64,000 bases of DNA from Desulfobacterales bacterium (GTDB lineage: Bacteria; Desulfobacterota; Desulfobacteria; Desulfobacterales; UBA5852): NCBI GenBank assembly GCA_963674755.2, contig CAXXVS010000002.1, positions 1,600,001-1,664,000 of the forward strand. The letters are read 5' to 3'. Below, one piece after another: positions 62,608 to 64,000 of the stretch (the first letter of the stretch is position 1; each line of letters begins with the position of its first letter). The position numbers were made by a program, and so were the translations under genes. A model generated the notes under the pieces. The model was not told where the DNA came from and made no database searches. It saw nothing but the letters and a program-made list of their open reading frames with translations.

Positions 62608-62800
62608 TTTCTTCATTTTCTTTCACGTGAAAGAAAACAGAAGCAAAAGAAAACGCCCGTGTCCCGCTTCTCCCTGCGCGTCGTCGCAACAGCCGGAGCA
62701 CGCGGAAACTCACCCACCTACGGCGAGCCTTCGGCGGGTTCAGACAGTCCGCGCGCTTTTATCCGGCCGCAACGCCGATGCTCAGCGCGGGACAAAGGGA
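62608..62800 (-). repeat. structured dispersed repeat, copy C (inverted; 28-bp hairpin replaces GCGAAGC)
   Basis: Reverse-complement homology to copies A and B. Confidence 0.85.
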
Positions 62801-62899
62801 GATTCAAAACCAAAACCTTCAAAACCCTTCTCCCCCCTTTCTCTAAACAGGCGACACGCGGAAGATGGTTTTCCTATACCCGAATGATCGGGCACCTAT

Positions 62900-62915
62900 T
62901 GGCACAAGCCTTGCT
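62900..62915 (+). promoter_or_regulatory. sigma54 promoter
   Basis: TGGCACAAGCCTTGCT matches the consensus. Confidence 0.8.
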
Positions 62916-63014
62916 CAACTATTCAGCAGATGCCGTTAAACAGGATTTCGTCCACACTTTTGTAGACAACGACGACAAAAGTGTCGGCTACCCTACAACA
63001 AAAATGGAAAAGCC

Positions 63015-64000
63015 ATGCAGATCCTCGACCAGCTCATGGCCTCGGTCATCCAATCGGGCCAACAGGACAATCCGGATCCCGCCGAACTCGACCTGCTCCT
63101 CTATTCCCCCTGCCCGGTCAAATTGGCCGTGAAGGAACGCCTGGACACTGTGATGGGAGAGTACGAGGCAGCCGGTGACCCCCTGCGCATCCACATTCCC
63201 ATGGGCTGCACCTCCGTCGATCCCTACGATCCCCTGTACCGGGAAACCGACCCGGACAAGCTGCCCGGCATCATCGCCTCCATCGGCTTCGGGGATTTCT
63301 TCCGCCCGGAATTTGCCGAGCGCTTCGTGAAGACAGGCCTGTTCGAGGCCGTGCTGCCCGATCAAGTCCACCCCCTGCACCAGCAAGCCGGCATTGTGGA
63401 CCCGGAGGGGCACTACACGGTCTATGCCCTCACCCCCTACATCTTCATGGTGGATACGGTCCGTCTCGGCGGCACGCCCCCGCCCCAGCGCTGGGAGGAC
63501 CTGCTCCATCCGCGCTACCGGGGCCAGATCAACATGTGCGGGGATGGGGACGACATGGCGGATGCGGTCCTCATGGGCATCTATCAGGCATTCGGCATGG
63601 CCGGCATCGAGGCCCTGGCCGCCAACGCCCACGGACTCATGCACTCCTCGCGCATGGGCAAATCCGGCGGCGCGGCCAAAGCCGGCGGCATTTACATCCT
63701 CCCCTATTTCTTCGCGGAAACCTCCCGGCAGCCCGCCCACATGCAGGTGATCTGGCCCGAGGACGGCACGGCCGCCAGCCCCATCTATTTCCTGGCCCAA
63801 CGCAACGCCCGCCCCCGGCTGGACAAATTGTTATCCTTCTTCACCCGGGGCTTCGGCGCGATCCCCAGCGCCCGCTGGTTCCTGCCCCTGGGCGGGCCCC
63901 TGCCGGAAAACCTGCCCCTTGAAGCCCGCATCAAGTGGGTGGGCTGGGACTTCATCCGGGAGAACGACATCACCGCCCTGCGCGACGCGCTGAACAGCAC
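63015..64000 (+). CDS. ABC substrate-binding-fold protein without signal peptide (runs off the window)
   Basis: MQILDQ...LYSPCPVK...PQRWEDLLHPRY...IWPEDG; the frame appears open to the window end, so it is absent from the ORF track. Confidence 0.75.
   Translation, partial: MQILDQLMASVIQSGQQDNPDPAELDLLLYSPCPVKLAVKERLDTVMGEYEAAGDPLRIHIPMGCTSVDPYDPLYRETDPDKLPGIIASIGFGDFFRPEFAERFVKTGLFEAVLPDQVHPLHQQAGIVDPEGHYTVYALTPYIFMVDTVRLGGTPPPQRWEDLLHPRYRGQINMCGDGDDMADAVLMGIYQAFGMAGIEALAANAHGLMHSSRMGKSGGAAKAGGIYILPYFFAETSRQPAHMQVIWPEDGTAASPIYFLAQRNARPRLDKLLSFFTRGFGAIPSARWFLPLGGPLPENLPLEARIKWVGWDFIRENDITALRDALNS

Overview
This is a GC-rich bacterial chromosome segment; the gene content and many sigma54 promoters suggest Desulfobacterota, which is an inference. 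Bases 1-43,800 are mostly core or metabolic genes: hemL, a degenerate kptA, tRNA-Lys(CTT), dinB, a gcvT-glyA fusion, an arginine catabolism operon (GntR, rocD, OTC, arcE-like gene, arcC), a GAF/sigma54 activator, mutM, a peptide ABC operon with dipeptidase, acyl-CoA dehydrogenase/MarR, Fic, HD-GYP, an RND pump and argO/argP. Bases 44,100-59,000 are a plastic accessory region built around a HUH/Y1 (RAYT-like) transposase. Unusually, it carries 17-bp terminal inverted repeats. Five further fragments of the element and many GTCCCC end motifs bracket cargo (ktrBA; SDR-SDR-aminotransferase-TetR) and cut neighbouring genes about 7-11 nt outside the end. Best novel candidates: (1) this TIR-bearing HUH gene-capture array; (2) a sigma54 sRNA complementary to the SD and start codon of a neighbouring sigma54-driven 26-aa hydrophobic peptide; (3) a C-terminal AMPWIPLLL putative sorting motif on secreted proteins; (4) a ~170-200 bp structured dispersed repeat with covariation; (5) a UGA-containing leader ORF coupled to gcvT-glyA. 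All calls come from reading motifs by eye; no searches were run.
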